Shown here piece by piece: positions 50,749 to 59,301 of a stretch of DNA of 64,000 nucleotides. The stretch's first letter is position 1; each line of letters opens with the position of its first letter. The notes below the pieces were generated by a model. That model was not told the DNA's origin. It searched no databases and worked only from the letters and a program-made list of their open reading frames with translations. A program made the position numbers and the translations under genes. Origin of the DNA: an uncultured Rhodobacterales bacterium (GTDB lineage Bacteria; Pseudomonadota; Alphaproteobacteria; Rhodobacterales; Rhodobacteraceae); NCBI GenBank assembly GCA_963922565.1, contig CAWUIQ010000007.1:29774-93773 (forward strand), written 5' to 3'.

Positions 50749-52704
50749 ATGGTCAAAGAATCTGGCATTGATCCAACGGATCCATATCTCGATTGGGCAT
50801 TCTTTCTGCAGGATCGTGACAAAGCGCGGACATTCGAAGGCGAGCCTTGGGAACCGGTTCTTGTTCAACCTCTGACCGACCGGTTCTTTGCCGAAGCGGA
50901 AGAAGACGAAAACATCCTGGTGGATCCCTACGAACTGGAGCTGGGCAAACTGCTGCGGGAATACGCGGGCAGGCTGGCGCCGATCTTTATTTACCGCGTC
51001 CGGGGATATGCCCGTCTTGATGCACTCTACGAGGTGCTGTTGCGTGGCCTGCCGTCAGAGAAGTCAAAGGGCAAGACAGCCTTTGCTGCCAAAGCCGAAC
51101 CGCCATTGCTGGCCGTCATAGATGATGGTCTTGGCTTTTTGAACGAGCGCTTCCAACGAATGGAAGCAGGCGGCATGCAGACGCGGGTCGAGGCGATATG
51201 GATCCAGTCGGTCAAGCAGAATACGCCACCCTATGGCCCCTTCGGCGGAATGATCTTCGGGCGGGAATTGAGCAAGGCCGATATTCAGGCCCGTATCGGT
51301 CGCCCGGATGAAAGGCGGGCCTACAAAGAGCTGAACGAACCGGTCTTTGCCGCCGATACGGTGCGAACGGTCGAGCAGGCTGAAAGCCACGGCACCCACA
51401 TCATGGATCTGGCGGGAGGTGGTGACCCTTACGACCCGACTGATCCCATGCGGGATGTCCCGGTTGTTGGTGTTCAGCTTCCGCCGCAGATCGTTGACGA
51501 TACATCCGGCATGCGCATGGTCCCGCATATCATGCAAGCGATGCACTGGATCCTCTTCAAGGCGATCCAGCTGGGCAAATTCCATGTTGTCGTAAATCTG
51601 AGTTTTGGCGTGACAGCAGGGCCCAAGGACGGGACCAGCCTGTTCGCCACCCACACCGAGTTCCTGATCAATATCGCGCAGCTTTTCGGCATCCGGCTCG
51701 ACGTAGTGGTCCCGTTTGGCAACGACTTTGAAAGCCGCCAGGTCGCTTCGATCGATGCGCCGGTCGAGGAAAAGGTCGCTCTGGATATGCATCTGCCGTC
51801 TGACGATCGGGCGCCAAGCTATGTCGAAATCCGCCCCGAAGGAGATCCGGCGGATCTGGGTATCGGGTTCGAAGCGCCGGATGGGGCAAACATATCGATC
51901 CAGGCGCTACCTGCGAACACGTTTCGCGACATCGTCCATCGGGGCAGCGTGGTTGGGCGGGTCTACCATATTCCATCTGTTCTTGGCCGTGATCCCTATT
52001 TGATGGTCGCCTTCGCACCGACTACGCCCGTTCTCGATGATGCACTTCCGGTAAACGGCCAAGGTCCGCTTGTGCAGGCCGGGTTGTGGCAGATCGTGCT
52101 GGCCAACAGCGGCGCGCAAGCAGTGGCGGTACGGCTCGAAATCCAGCGGGGCGATACAATGCCCGGCTATCGTTTGCGCGGGCGGCAATCCTATTTCGTC
52201 GATCCCCACGGATATGAATACGACATGGGCGATCCGCCTCCGACCGGGGTCGGCAATGAAATGAAAACAAAGGATTACAGTCGCCTCGGGGTTGGCGCTT
52301 ACGTCACCCATCAAGGGACCAACAGCGCGTTTACCGTGGTTAACGGGGTTGGGGACCAGTTCCATACGGTCGGCGGTGCCTTCCTGCGGAAGATTGATCC
52401 GACCGTACCGCTTGCCGATCAGGACGATGCGGTTCCGGCCCAGTATACTTCCTATAACACTCGACCGGGCAGAGGAGATGTCACAGCCGGTGCTCGCAGT
52501 GACCATAACCGGGCACTGCCGGGCCTGCTCGCATCTGGTGTCTTGTCCGGCAGCGGTGCCCGTTTCAGCGGATCCAGCGCAGCAGCCGCAGTGGTCAGCC
52601 GCCATCTGGTGGTTCCCGGTAGTGCCGGTGGGTTCGAAGATGCGAATGCGCCGGGTCGGTTGCCGGAACAGATTTTGCGCGGATCGCCGGAGCCACGGGA
52701 CTAG
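50749..52704 (+). CDS. S8 (subtilisin-like) serine peptidase without a signal peptide and with a large internal insertion
   Basis: 651 aa with RBS AAAGGGGGA. The motifs occur in subtilase order: LAVIDDG (Asp125), SHGTHIMDLAGG (His214), VVNLSFG, FGND (Asn325), FSGSSAAAAVVS (Ser610). The N-terminus MVKESGIDPTDPYLDW is not hydrophobic. Confidence 0.8.
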   Translation: MVKESGIDPTDPYLDWAFFLQDRDKARTFEGEPWEPVLVQPLTDRFFAEAEEDENILVDPYELELGKLLREYAGRLAPIFIYRVRGYARLDALYEVLLRGLPSEKSKGKTAFAAKAEPPLLAVIDDGLGFLNERFQRMEAGGMQTRVEAIWIQSVKQNTPPYGPFGGMIFGRELSKADIQARIGRPDERRAYKELNEPVFAADTVRTVEQAESHGTHIMDLAGGGDPYDPTDPMRDVPVVGVQLPPQIVDDTSGMRMVPHIMQAMHWILFKAIQLGKFHVVVNLSFGVTAGPKDGTSLFATHTEFLINIAQLFGIRLDVVVPFGNDFESRQVASIDAPVEEKVALDMHLPSDDRAPSYVEIRPEGDPADLGIGFEAPDGANISIQALPANTFRDIVHRGSVVGRVYHIPSVLGRDPYLMVAFAPTTPVLDDALPVNGQGPLVQAGLWQIVLANSGAQAVAVRLEIQRGDTMPGYRLRGRQSYFVDPHGYEYDMGDPPPTGVGNEMKTKDYSRLGVGAYVTHQGTNSAFTVVNGVGDQFHTVGGAFLRKIDPTVPLADQDDAVPAQYTSYNTRPGRGDVTAGARSDHNRALPGLLASGVLSGSGARFSGSSAAAAVVSRHLVVPGSAGGFEDANAPGRLPEQILRGSPEPRD

Positions 52705-52741
52705 GCCCCGATCGCCGGAAGAGTGTTCCGAACCGGCGTCG

Positions 52742-53827
52742 TTACGCCAGGACGCTTTCCACCGGTCGCCGCAACGACATGGGCAGGGCGGGGGCGCGGC
52801 CAAAGCGTACAATGAGGTCTGGCCGGATGTCCGGCATCCCAAGCCAACTCGCGAATTCGGCCCTGACGGCTGGCACCTCGACCGGTTGATTGATGTGGGC
52901 GTTTCGAATGCCCATGGTCGTAGCCTGCAACGCAAATCGTTCGAAACTGCGGCCCACGTTGATCCAATGCTCCGGGTCGGCCCGGTCTCCGATGAACACG
53001 GCTATGCCTGCTGATGATCGGATTTGATCCCGATAATTGGTATTTTCGGTGTCCTTGGTGAAAAAGGCCCGAAACATCGGCCCACCAAGCCATTCTGGGA
53101 CAACCGGGTTTCCTGAACAGGCGCTAAAAAGCCCATCTCCGCTGGCGATTGCGCGGCTCGGGCTGAACCTGATCCATTCGCGCAGTTCATCGACGAAAGC
53201 TGGGTCATCCATCTGCGCGCTGTTGCCTTCGACCACGAGGTCAAGAATGGCCTCACGGTCTGGTTCATCGGTGAAGAACAGCACTGAAACGCCGTCTTGC
53301 CGCGCTGCACCTTGCAGCGTTTCGATCTCTGATGCTGCAAGCGGCTGGCCGTCAAAGATCGAACGAGTGGATTGGCGAAGGGGTATGGCCTGATAGAGGC
53401 TGTCATCCGACGGTGGGCCTTGATCAAGCATGATATCGATCGATGGTTCTGCGTCGGTGTTGATCAATACCTCAGCCATGCGCCCATGGGCCCCCGCGGC
53501 CTGGATCAGGTTCTCTGCAGCACAGCCAAGGCTGACGAAAAGATGGTGGTCGTCGGGATCGACGACCTCGGTCCGGCGTGCGTAATCAGGCAAGATGCGG
53601 ATGCTGTTACTGCCAAGAAGGAAACTCCACGGCTGGGTATTATGACCGTTGGCCGCCAGTGTTGCCATCCGAACGAACTCCACAAGATCCGGATCGGACT
53701 GGATGAGCTGGCGCTGGTATGCCAATTCCTCGTCATATTTGTTCAGCCTCGGCCACAGGCCATAGCCCAGGCCGCCGATGGCAGCAGCCCACAGGCCCGA
53801 AACCATGAATTGTCGGCGGGAAATCAT
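52742..53827 (-). CDS. nitroreductase-superfamily FMN protein with a twin-arginine (Tat) signal
   Basis: Start taken at the ATG at 53827 (RBS GAGG). MISRRQFMVSGLWAAAIGGLGYG is a Tat signal. ...AANGHNTQPW... and a duplicated nitroreductase-like fold pattern are present. Confidence 0.8.
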   Translation of the reverse strand: MISRRQFMVSGLWAAAIGGLGYGLWPRLNKYDEELAYQRQLIQSDPDLVEFVRMATLAANGHNTQPWSFLLGSNSIRILPDYARRTEVVDPDDHHLFVSLGCAAENLIQAAGAHGRMAEVLINTDAEPSIDIMLDQGPPSDDSLYQAIPLRQSTRSIFDGQPLAASEIETLQGAARQDGVSVLFFTDEPDREAILDLVVEGNSAQMDDPAFVDELREWIRFSPSRAIASGDGLFSACSGNPVVPEWLGGPMFRAFFTKDTENTNYRDQIRSSAGIAVFIGDRADPEHWINVGRSFERFALQATTMGIRNAHINQPVEVPAVRAEFASWLGMPDIRPDLIVRFGRAPALPMSLRRPVESVLA

Positions 53828-53973
53828 TCCGGGCCTCAATCACGATTGTTCTTCAAGCGAAGGCTTTTCTAGTGCCCTGAGTGAGCCGTGGGGAATGATC
53901 TCGGTCAATGACGGACCGCTTTGAGCAGCCCGTCAAGCGATTGGTAGCTAAAAATGCGCGGGCTTTGAGCGGC

Positions 53974-55098
53974 TTAGGGCCGCTCCGCGAGCGCAGCGTG
54001 CCAGGCGCTTGTGATCAGGTTCCGTTTCGGCGGTGTGTCAGCGATCAGCGCCTGGTTTGTCGTCGTCGCATGGGTCAAAGCCGCATGAACCTGCAACAGA
54101 CTGAAATCTTCCTGCAGATCGGCCGGGCGACCTACCGCATAGGTGGGTGTTTGCTCGGCCCCCTTGAGGATGTTGATCAGAGCTTCGCCCATGGCGATAC
54201 CCAAAACAGCACCAACCAGATTGTCAGCCGGGAAATGGACGCCGCCAACGGTGCGATTGACTGCGATCCGCTCAGCGACGCGGAAGGCATGGCTTTGCGC
54301 CTGAACGGCCGCTGTGGCGCTGAACATCGTGGTGTCACCTGGGCCGGATGCGTCCATCAGCCCTTCCATAAAGGCGGCAAGCGCGAATGCCTCGGTCGCA
54401 TGACCACTGGGCAAGGTTCGGTGCGACGGGGTCTGGATGATGGGCATCATCTGCGGCGCATAGTCGATTGGCCGGGGCACGTTGAAGTACATCTTGAGCG
54501 GCATAACCATATAACCGACTGCGCGCACAAGCGCCGCCATGAGCTCCAGTGTCCATCGCGTGCCACGATCATCGAGGTATAGTGTCGCGCCGAAGAATGA
54601 CGTGATGTCGTCAATCTGCTCAAGGATCTCTTCGAGCCTGTCCGGGCGAATGTCAGCATCGTTGCGCACGAAACGGAGTTGGTCCGCGAATGCAGCGTTG
54701 TTCCCGGGGCGTGTGATGGTCACCAGCGGGTCGTTGGCCGGATTGAGGTAGGAACAGAATACATCGGCAATCCCGTCCTTGGTGCCAACCCCCCGACCCT
54801 CGACCGAGAAAGCGCCGAAAATCACGTCATCCAGAACGACCTGCCGGGGGATATCGCCCAACTTGTTCAGCTGCAGCCAATCGACGGCGTAAAAGTTGTT
54901 GTCGGCCGGGATGCGTGTTGGCGTCATATCCCACTTGCCGCGAATTCCTTCGGCCGTGGTCATCAGAGCAACGCTGAGGCTGGTGGAGCTTTCGCCGCCT
55001 GCGTGATCGTCAAGACCGGTTGCTTTGCCCGCTTTGCCGGCTTTTCCAGCCTTTCCCGCTTTGCCGGCCTTACCCGCCTTTCCTGCTTTACCAGCCAT
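53974..55098 (-). CDS. soluble PAP2 / vanadium-haloperoxidase-like protein with an N-terminal (AGK)x8 tail
   Basis: Track ORF trimmed to the ATG at 55098. The complete acid-phosphatase/haloperoxidase motif set is visible: KMYFNVPRP (K-X6-RP), PSGHA, and NRTVGGVHFPAD (R-X5-H-X3-D). No TM helices or Sec signal were seen. Confidence 0.75.
   Translation of the reverse strand: MAGKAGKAGKAGKAGKAGKAGKAGKATGLDDHAGGESSTSLSVALMTTAEGIRGKWDMTPTRIPADNNFYAVDWLQLNKLGDIPRQVVLDDVIFGAFSVEGRGVGTKDGIADVFCSYLNPANDPLVTITRPGNNAAFADQLRFVRNDADIRPDRLEEILEQIDDITSFFGATLYLDDRGTRWTLELMAALVRAVGYMVMPLKMYFNVPRPIDYAPQMMPIIQTPSHRTLPSGHATEAFALAAFMEGLMDASGPGDTTMFSATAAVQAQSHAFRVAERIAVNRTVGGVHFPADNLVGAVLGIAMGEALINILKGAEQTPTYAVGRPADLQEDFSLLQVHAALTHATTTNQALIADTPPKRNLITSAWHAALAERP
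55024..55095 (-). repeat. 8 tandem 9-nt units encoding (Ala-Gly-Lys)x8
   Basis: Minus strand: GCTGGTAAA GCAGGAAAG GCGGGTAAG GCCGGCAAA GCGGGAAAG GCTGGAAAA GCCGGCAAA GCGGGCAAA. The peptide repeat is perfect, but the units differ at synonymous positions. Confidence 0.9.
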
Positions 55099-55171
55099 TT
55101 TTGATCCCCCTGACCTACATAAAACTGAGAGCAGCTTTACGTTAAGCTGGCCGTGGTGCAATCTGCGGCTC

Positions 55172-55198
55172 GAAATTTAACGATCTATTCACGATCTC
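55172..55198 (-). promoter_or_regulatory. direct-repeat element GAGATCGT-GAA-TAGATCGT-TAAATTTC upstream of the PAP2-like gene
   Basis: Read on the minus strand. The octamers have an 11-bp period, and the element ends 73 nt before the ATG at 55098. It lies 45 nt from the divergent SARP-like regulator start. Confidence 0.5.
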
Positions 55199-55242
55199 TG
55201 GGGGGAACCGTCGGGGCAATACAACCTTAGGACGGTTGGTTT

Positions 55243-56793
55243 ATGTCAGAACCCGTTTTGAGAATTCAGTTTTTTGGGCCATTCGTTGCAACGGCAGCGG
55301 ATGGATCGGACGTGACACCCAAAAGCCGAAAGGGGCAAGGGGTGCTTGCTCTGCTCGCCAGCAGCAACGACATGCGCCGCAGCAGGCGGATCCTGGAACA
55401 GACATTGTGGAGCGATCGCAGCCCGCAGCAGGCGGGAGGGAGCCTGCGCCAAACCCTGACCGAGTTACGCAAGGCGCTGGCCCCCTGTGGCGACATCCTT
55501 GGTTCGGATCGGACGGCTGTCTGGTTGGATCAGTCTGTCATCGAAACGGATCTTGGGACGGATGCTGCGGACAAAGAACCGTTCCTCGAAGACCTGAACA
55601 TCCGCGACCCGGCTTTTGTAGAATGGCGTGATCGCATCCGGCCCAAACCGCGGCCGGCTTTGCCGCCCGGCGCGCAGCCGGGGGTCCGGTTCCGCTGTGT
55701 TGGCAACGGTTCAAATGGTGGGGTTATCGGGTCCATCGTCGCAGATCAGCTGGGCCATTCGCTGCAAGAGCATTTGACGTCATGGATGGTCGACCGCGAA
55801 GGCGACGTGCTCGTCAAATGCGATCTCGCCGAACTCGGTCTCAGCAACGTGCTGACGGTGCGGGTCACCCATGAATTTACGGGCACCGTGCTTTATTCAG
55901 GCTTTCGGGAGTTCCAGGGGGATCCGTCGCAGGCGCTGGTTGCCGGTTTCCTGACTGAGCTCGTCCACGAAACGGTCGGACGCGTTGTCGCGAGCCTGCC
56001 CCGCGTTTTGGGTCTCGATCGTCCCGAGGTGGTCGCCGCCGGGTTTGCAAACGTGGCTTTGAACCGACTTGCATCCTTCGAAAAGGACAAGCTGGTCGAG
56101 GCCGACGATCTTTTTGCCCGGGCCCACGGGACGGATGGGAACGGCGTTTATCTGGCCTGGCAGGCCTTCGTCCGGATGGCACAGGTCGTTGACCATCATG
56201 CCGAGGCACCCCGTGCGTTGCTGGAAGAGGTCGAGGGTCTGCTCAGCCGCTCGCTGGAAAACGCGCCGAGAAACTCGGTAGCACTTTCGCTGGTCTCTCT
56301 GACGCGCAACATGCTTTTTGACGACTACAGCACGGCGGTGGAGCTGGCAGAGATAGCGACCCGGCTGAACAGCAACGGTTTGCTTGCCAAACAGTCGCTT
56401 GCCGTGGCTGGTGCGGCTGAGGCTGACCCTCAAACTGCATACCGCGCCTCGCGCCTGTGTCAGGCGGCTCTCGGGGCGGATGGGCTGCGTCACCTGTGGG
56501 ATCTCTATCACGCCCTTGTCTGCATCCGCGCCGGTCAGCTGAACGAGGCGACGCAAGCCGCCGAGCGGGCTGCGCGCAGCAGCGAGTCGTTCGTCGCGCC
56601 AAGGCGGCAACTGCTGAGCCTTTATCTTGCCGCCGGGCAAGAAGATGCTGCCGCGCAGGTCTTGGAAGAGCTGAAGGCGCTTGAACCGTCATTCGAGCTT
56701 GATCGCTATTTTCACGATGAAAGCTATCCGGTTCTGACCCTCAGAGACGCCGGGCTGTTGCAGCAATCGGCGAGGATTGTCGGGCGGGGTTGA
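55243..56793 (+). CDS. SARP/OmpR-PhoB-type winged-helix transcriptional regulator with a C-terminal helical (TPR-like) domain
   Basis: 516 aa. The N-terminus LRIQFFGPFVATAADGSDVTPKSRKGQGVLALLASSNDMRRSRRILEQTLWSDRSPQQAGGSLRQTLTELRKAL matches the SARP-type wHTH pattern. The remainder is alpha-helical and Ala/Leu-rich. Confidence 0.75.
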   Translation: MSEPVLRIQFFGPFVATAADGSDVTPKSRKGQGVLALLASSNDMRRSRRILEQTLWSDRSPQQAGGSLRQTLTELRKALAPCGDILGSDRTAVWLDQSVIETDLGTDAADKEPFLEDLNIRDPAFVEWRDRIRPKPRPALPPGAQPGVRFRCVGNGSNGGVIGSIVADQLGHSLQEHLTSWMVDREGDVLVKCDLAELGLSNVLTVRVTHEFTGTVLYSGFREFQGDPSQALVAGFLTELVHETVGRVVASLPRVLGLDRPEVVAAGFANVALNRLASFEKDKLVEADDLFARAHGTDGNGVYLAWQAFVRMAQVVDHHAEAPRALLEEVEGLLSRSLENAPRNSVALSLVSLTRNMLFDDYSTAVELAEIATRLNSNGLLAKQSLAVAGAAEADPQTAYRASRLCQAALGADGLRHLWDLYHALVCIRAGQLNEATQAAERAARSSESFVAPRRQLLSLYLAAGQEDAAAQVLEELKALEPSFELDRYFHDESYPVLTLRDAGLLQQSARIVGRG

Positions 56794-56968
56794 GAAGGCG
56801 GAGCTCGTCGTCTGCGCGAGGTCGCCCGGCGCCATCTGTTTAGCCATCAGTAAAGCAAGTCCCACCGGCAGAACCAGAACCACCATTTGCCAATGGATCG
56901 GGTGGGGCCACCGCCCTGAATGTTCAGCGTGAGCCTAAGCCTCTAAAGGCATTGATGAAAGCGCCTAT

Positions 56969-56982
56969 ACCGATTGATCGGT
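56969..56982. promoter_or_regulatory. palindrome ACCGAT-TG-ATCGGT upstream of the pyruvyl-transferase-like gene
   Basis: Perfect 6-bp arms about 77 nt upstream of the ATG at 57059. Function unknown. Confidence 0.2.
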
Positions 56983-57058
56983 GGTTTGCACCGGGTCGGA
57001 AACTGCGATACCGACGGCGGGACGGACCTCAAGACAGAGATTGGAGCGAGTGCCTGCA

Positions 57059-58174
57059 ATGACCAAAACAGTCGCGTTTATCGGCACGGAAGGTGGCGTT
57101 TCTTTCAGTGGTCTTGGCTTTGAAACGGCCCTTCAGAAGATCGGCCAAAACACTGGCAATGCCTTGTTTCAAAGCGCAATGTGGCGGCTTATCCGAAACC
57201 CGAAAATGGCGATTGGTATAGGCACTTCCGTTGAACTCGTGAGAGAGGTTGCGGATCTGCTGGTCATACCGGCAGCCAATCAAGTCAATCCCGCATGGGA
57301 CCTTTCGGCTTGGGCGACATTTGTCGAGTCAATTGATCTCCCGATTGTCTGCATAGGCTTGGGAGCGCAAGCGCATGTCGGTGCGGGAACCCGCCTGAAC
57401 CTTCAGCCGGGAACAGAACGCTATTTGAAGGTGGTCGCCGAAAGGACGACGACGATAGGTGTTCGCGGGAAGTACACACAAGACGTTCTGGCCGACATTG
57501 GGATCGAAAACACTGAGGTTACGGGTTGTCCGTCTCAAACCATCAACAATCGCGTGCGAGGTCGAACCATCCAAGAACAGATTGATGGTTTTGCGCATAT
57601 CGAGAACCCAAAGCTGGGTTATGTCCTTGGGACGTTGGAAGAACAGGCGCGCGATACGGACCGGTATCTTGCCGGGCTGGTTCGTGATTTAGATCATCAG
57701 CTGATTTTGCAGACGGATCCAAGATTGATGGGCTTGATCCACCAACGTGACAAGACGATAGCAGACATGGATTATTTGGGCTGGATCGCTCAAATTCTAC
57801 GGCCTGACTTGGATGGGCCTCAATTCGCTGACTATCTGCTGCAGCATGGTGTTTTCTATTCCGATGCGCGCACATGGATTGATTCAATGCGTCGGACAGA
57901 TCTTGTCTTGGGTCTGCGGATCCACGGTGCGGTCGCCGCAATTCAGGCAGAGAAGCTTGGCATATGTGTCGCATTCGATAGTCGGACCCTCGAGCTGGCA
58001 CACACTATGGGATATCCTTACATTCGGGCAGATGACATTCGGCAAGGGATGGACCTTGCAGATATCGTTGCGGCGTCAGAGTTCTCATCCGATCGCTTTG
58101 ATCACTTACGGGTCAAGAAGAGAGAGCTCATAAGATCGATACTTCTCGATGCGGGTTGTCTGATTTCGGACTAA
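57059..58174 (+). CDS. polysaccharide pyruvyl transferase-family protein
   Basis: Trimmed to the ATG at 57059, giving 371 aa. The N-terminal ...GQNTGNALFQSA... and the overall pattern resemble the CsaB/WcaK-type pyruvyl transferases. The call is from memory. Confidence 0.6.
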   Translation: MTKTVAFIGTEGGVSFSGLGFETALQKIGQNTGNALFQSAMWRLIRNPKMAIGIGTSVELVREVADLLVIPAANQVNPAWDLSAWATFVESIDLPIVCIGLGAQAHVGAGTRLNLQPGTERYLKVVAERTTTIGVRGKYTQDVLADIGIENTEVTGCPSQTINNRVRGRTIQEQIDGFAHIENPKLGYVLGTLEEQARDTDRYLAGLVRDLDHQLILQTDPRLMGLIHQRDKTIADMDYLGWIAQILRPDLDGPQFADYLLQHGVFYSDARTWIDSMRRTDLVLGLRIHGAVAAIQAEKLGICVAFDSRTLELAHTMGYPYIRADDIRQGMDLADIVAASEFSSDRFDHLRVKKRELIRSILLDAGCLISD

Positions 58175-58266
58175 GTCGTTTCTCTGACCGCCCTGCGGTT
58201 AGGAATTTGCTGGCGCATCTGCAAGGTTGTAGTGCCCCGGCCAAGGGCTGCAGGAGCCGGGCGGCG

Positions 58267-59187
58267 TTACAGCTTGCCGTTTGCCGCTGCCCAATAGAGT
58301 GTCAACTGTCCAAGCGCTCCGTGCCTGCGCAAGCCCGCGCGTAGGATCAAATACAATCGCCGGAGCATTCTGCTGTCCCGCGCGACCCGAAATTTATTCA
58401 TGATATCAATTGCCTGAGGCGAGAGCTGGTCCTCGATCAGATCCAGCGTCGCGAGGTTTGTTGTGATCCAATGTTGGTAGGTTCCATTCCTTACCAATGC
58501 GGCTCTGTTCTTCATGGCGTTTGGTCGACGAGCGTCACCGAGCACGCTTCCGCCATGTTGCCGATAAAGTAATGTCGGTTCAGCGTCGAAAATGACGGTT
58601 CCGCCGACTGCGCTGATAACCTGATAAAGCCACAGATCATGTGCGGAGATGCCTTCGACCATGAGTGCCAGTTCCCTAACGATCTTGAAGGCTTCTTTGT
58701 TGAGAACCTGAGTATTTCCTCCGGCAAAGTTCTGAACCAGGGCATGCCTGAAGTCGAATGGGGGGCGCATGAGCCTTGAGAGGTACATCGGACGCAGGTT
58801 GGCGTCGCAAACCGTTGTCCTCGAACCATAGAGGGCGGGCTTACGTCTCACCTCAGACAAAGATCTCGCTGCACGCTCGAGCTTATCTGGCAGCCAAACA
58901 TCGTCCTGATCGCAGAGCGCTACGAACTCGCTTTCGCTGGGTTGGCGCAGTAGTTTCAGGAAGTTACCATCCGAGCCGGAACCCGGTCCATCGAGCAATA
59001 CGGCCTCGCAGTCGGGCCAGGCCTCCATGAACCGCAAGAAGATCGTCTTTGTGTCGTCCGAAGAGCCGTCGTCACTCGCCACGATACGACGTGGCCTCAG
59101 GGTTTGGGCCTTAAGGCTCGTCAACTGCTCAGTGAGATGATCCGCACCATTGTACAACGCCAGGAGCACAGTCACGGAAGTATTCAT
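58267..59187 (-). CDS. family 2 glycosyltransferase
   Basis: 306 aa with VTVLLALYNGADHL...SDDGSSDDT...CDQDDVW (DxD). Confidence 0.85.
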   Translation of the reverse strand: MNTSVTVLLALYNGADHLTEQLTSLKAQTLRPRRIVASDDGSSDDTKTIFLRFMEAWPDCEAVLLDGPGSGSDGNFLKLLRQPSESEFVALCDQDDVWLPDKLERAARSLSEVRRKPALYGSRTTVCDANLRPMYLSRLMRPPFDFRHALVQNFAGGNTQVLNKEAFKIVRELALMVEGISAHDLWLYQVISAVGGTVIFDAEPTLLYRQHGGSVLGDARRPNAMKNRAALVRNGTYQHWITTNLATLDLIEDQLSPQAIDIMNKFRVARDSRMLRRLYLILRAGLRRHGALGQLTLYWAAANGKL

Positions 59188-59301
59188 TCCTAGCCTTTCG
59201 TAGGTCGAGACCGGAACCAGCTATGATCCACAAACTGATGAGCTAGCATCATCCTTTGTGGTGGTCGAGATGTTGACGTTCCCGGCGAGCTGTATCAAGA
59301 C

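Noticed and set aside
50749-52704. S8 peptidase as part of an IetA/IetS-like exclusion/defence pair.
   Set aside because: No AAA ATPase gene is adjacent. The neighbours are tartrate dehydrogenase and a convergent nitroreductase-fold gene.
55024-55095. The 9-nt tandem array considered as a phase-variable microsatellite or mini CRISPR-like array.
   Set aside because: - The unit length is a multiple of three, so slippage would not shift the frame.
- The units are not identical at the DNA level.
- There are no spacers.
- It is simply an in-frame peptide repeat.
56794-57058. Mobile-element boundary (tRNA, integrase, IS or direct repeats) at the start of the AT-richer island.
   Set aside because: No tRNA-like sequence, recombinase ORF or flanking repeat was found in the part of the island visible here. 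The right-hand boundary lies outside the window.
59224-59232. Exact TGATCCACA (Caulobacter-type DnaA box) in the GT2/HAD divergent promoter.
   Set aside because: It is a single copy inside the island, and it forms one arm of the local inverted repeat CCACAAA-N20-TTTGTGG. It is more likely part of a local operator than replication-related.
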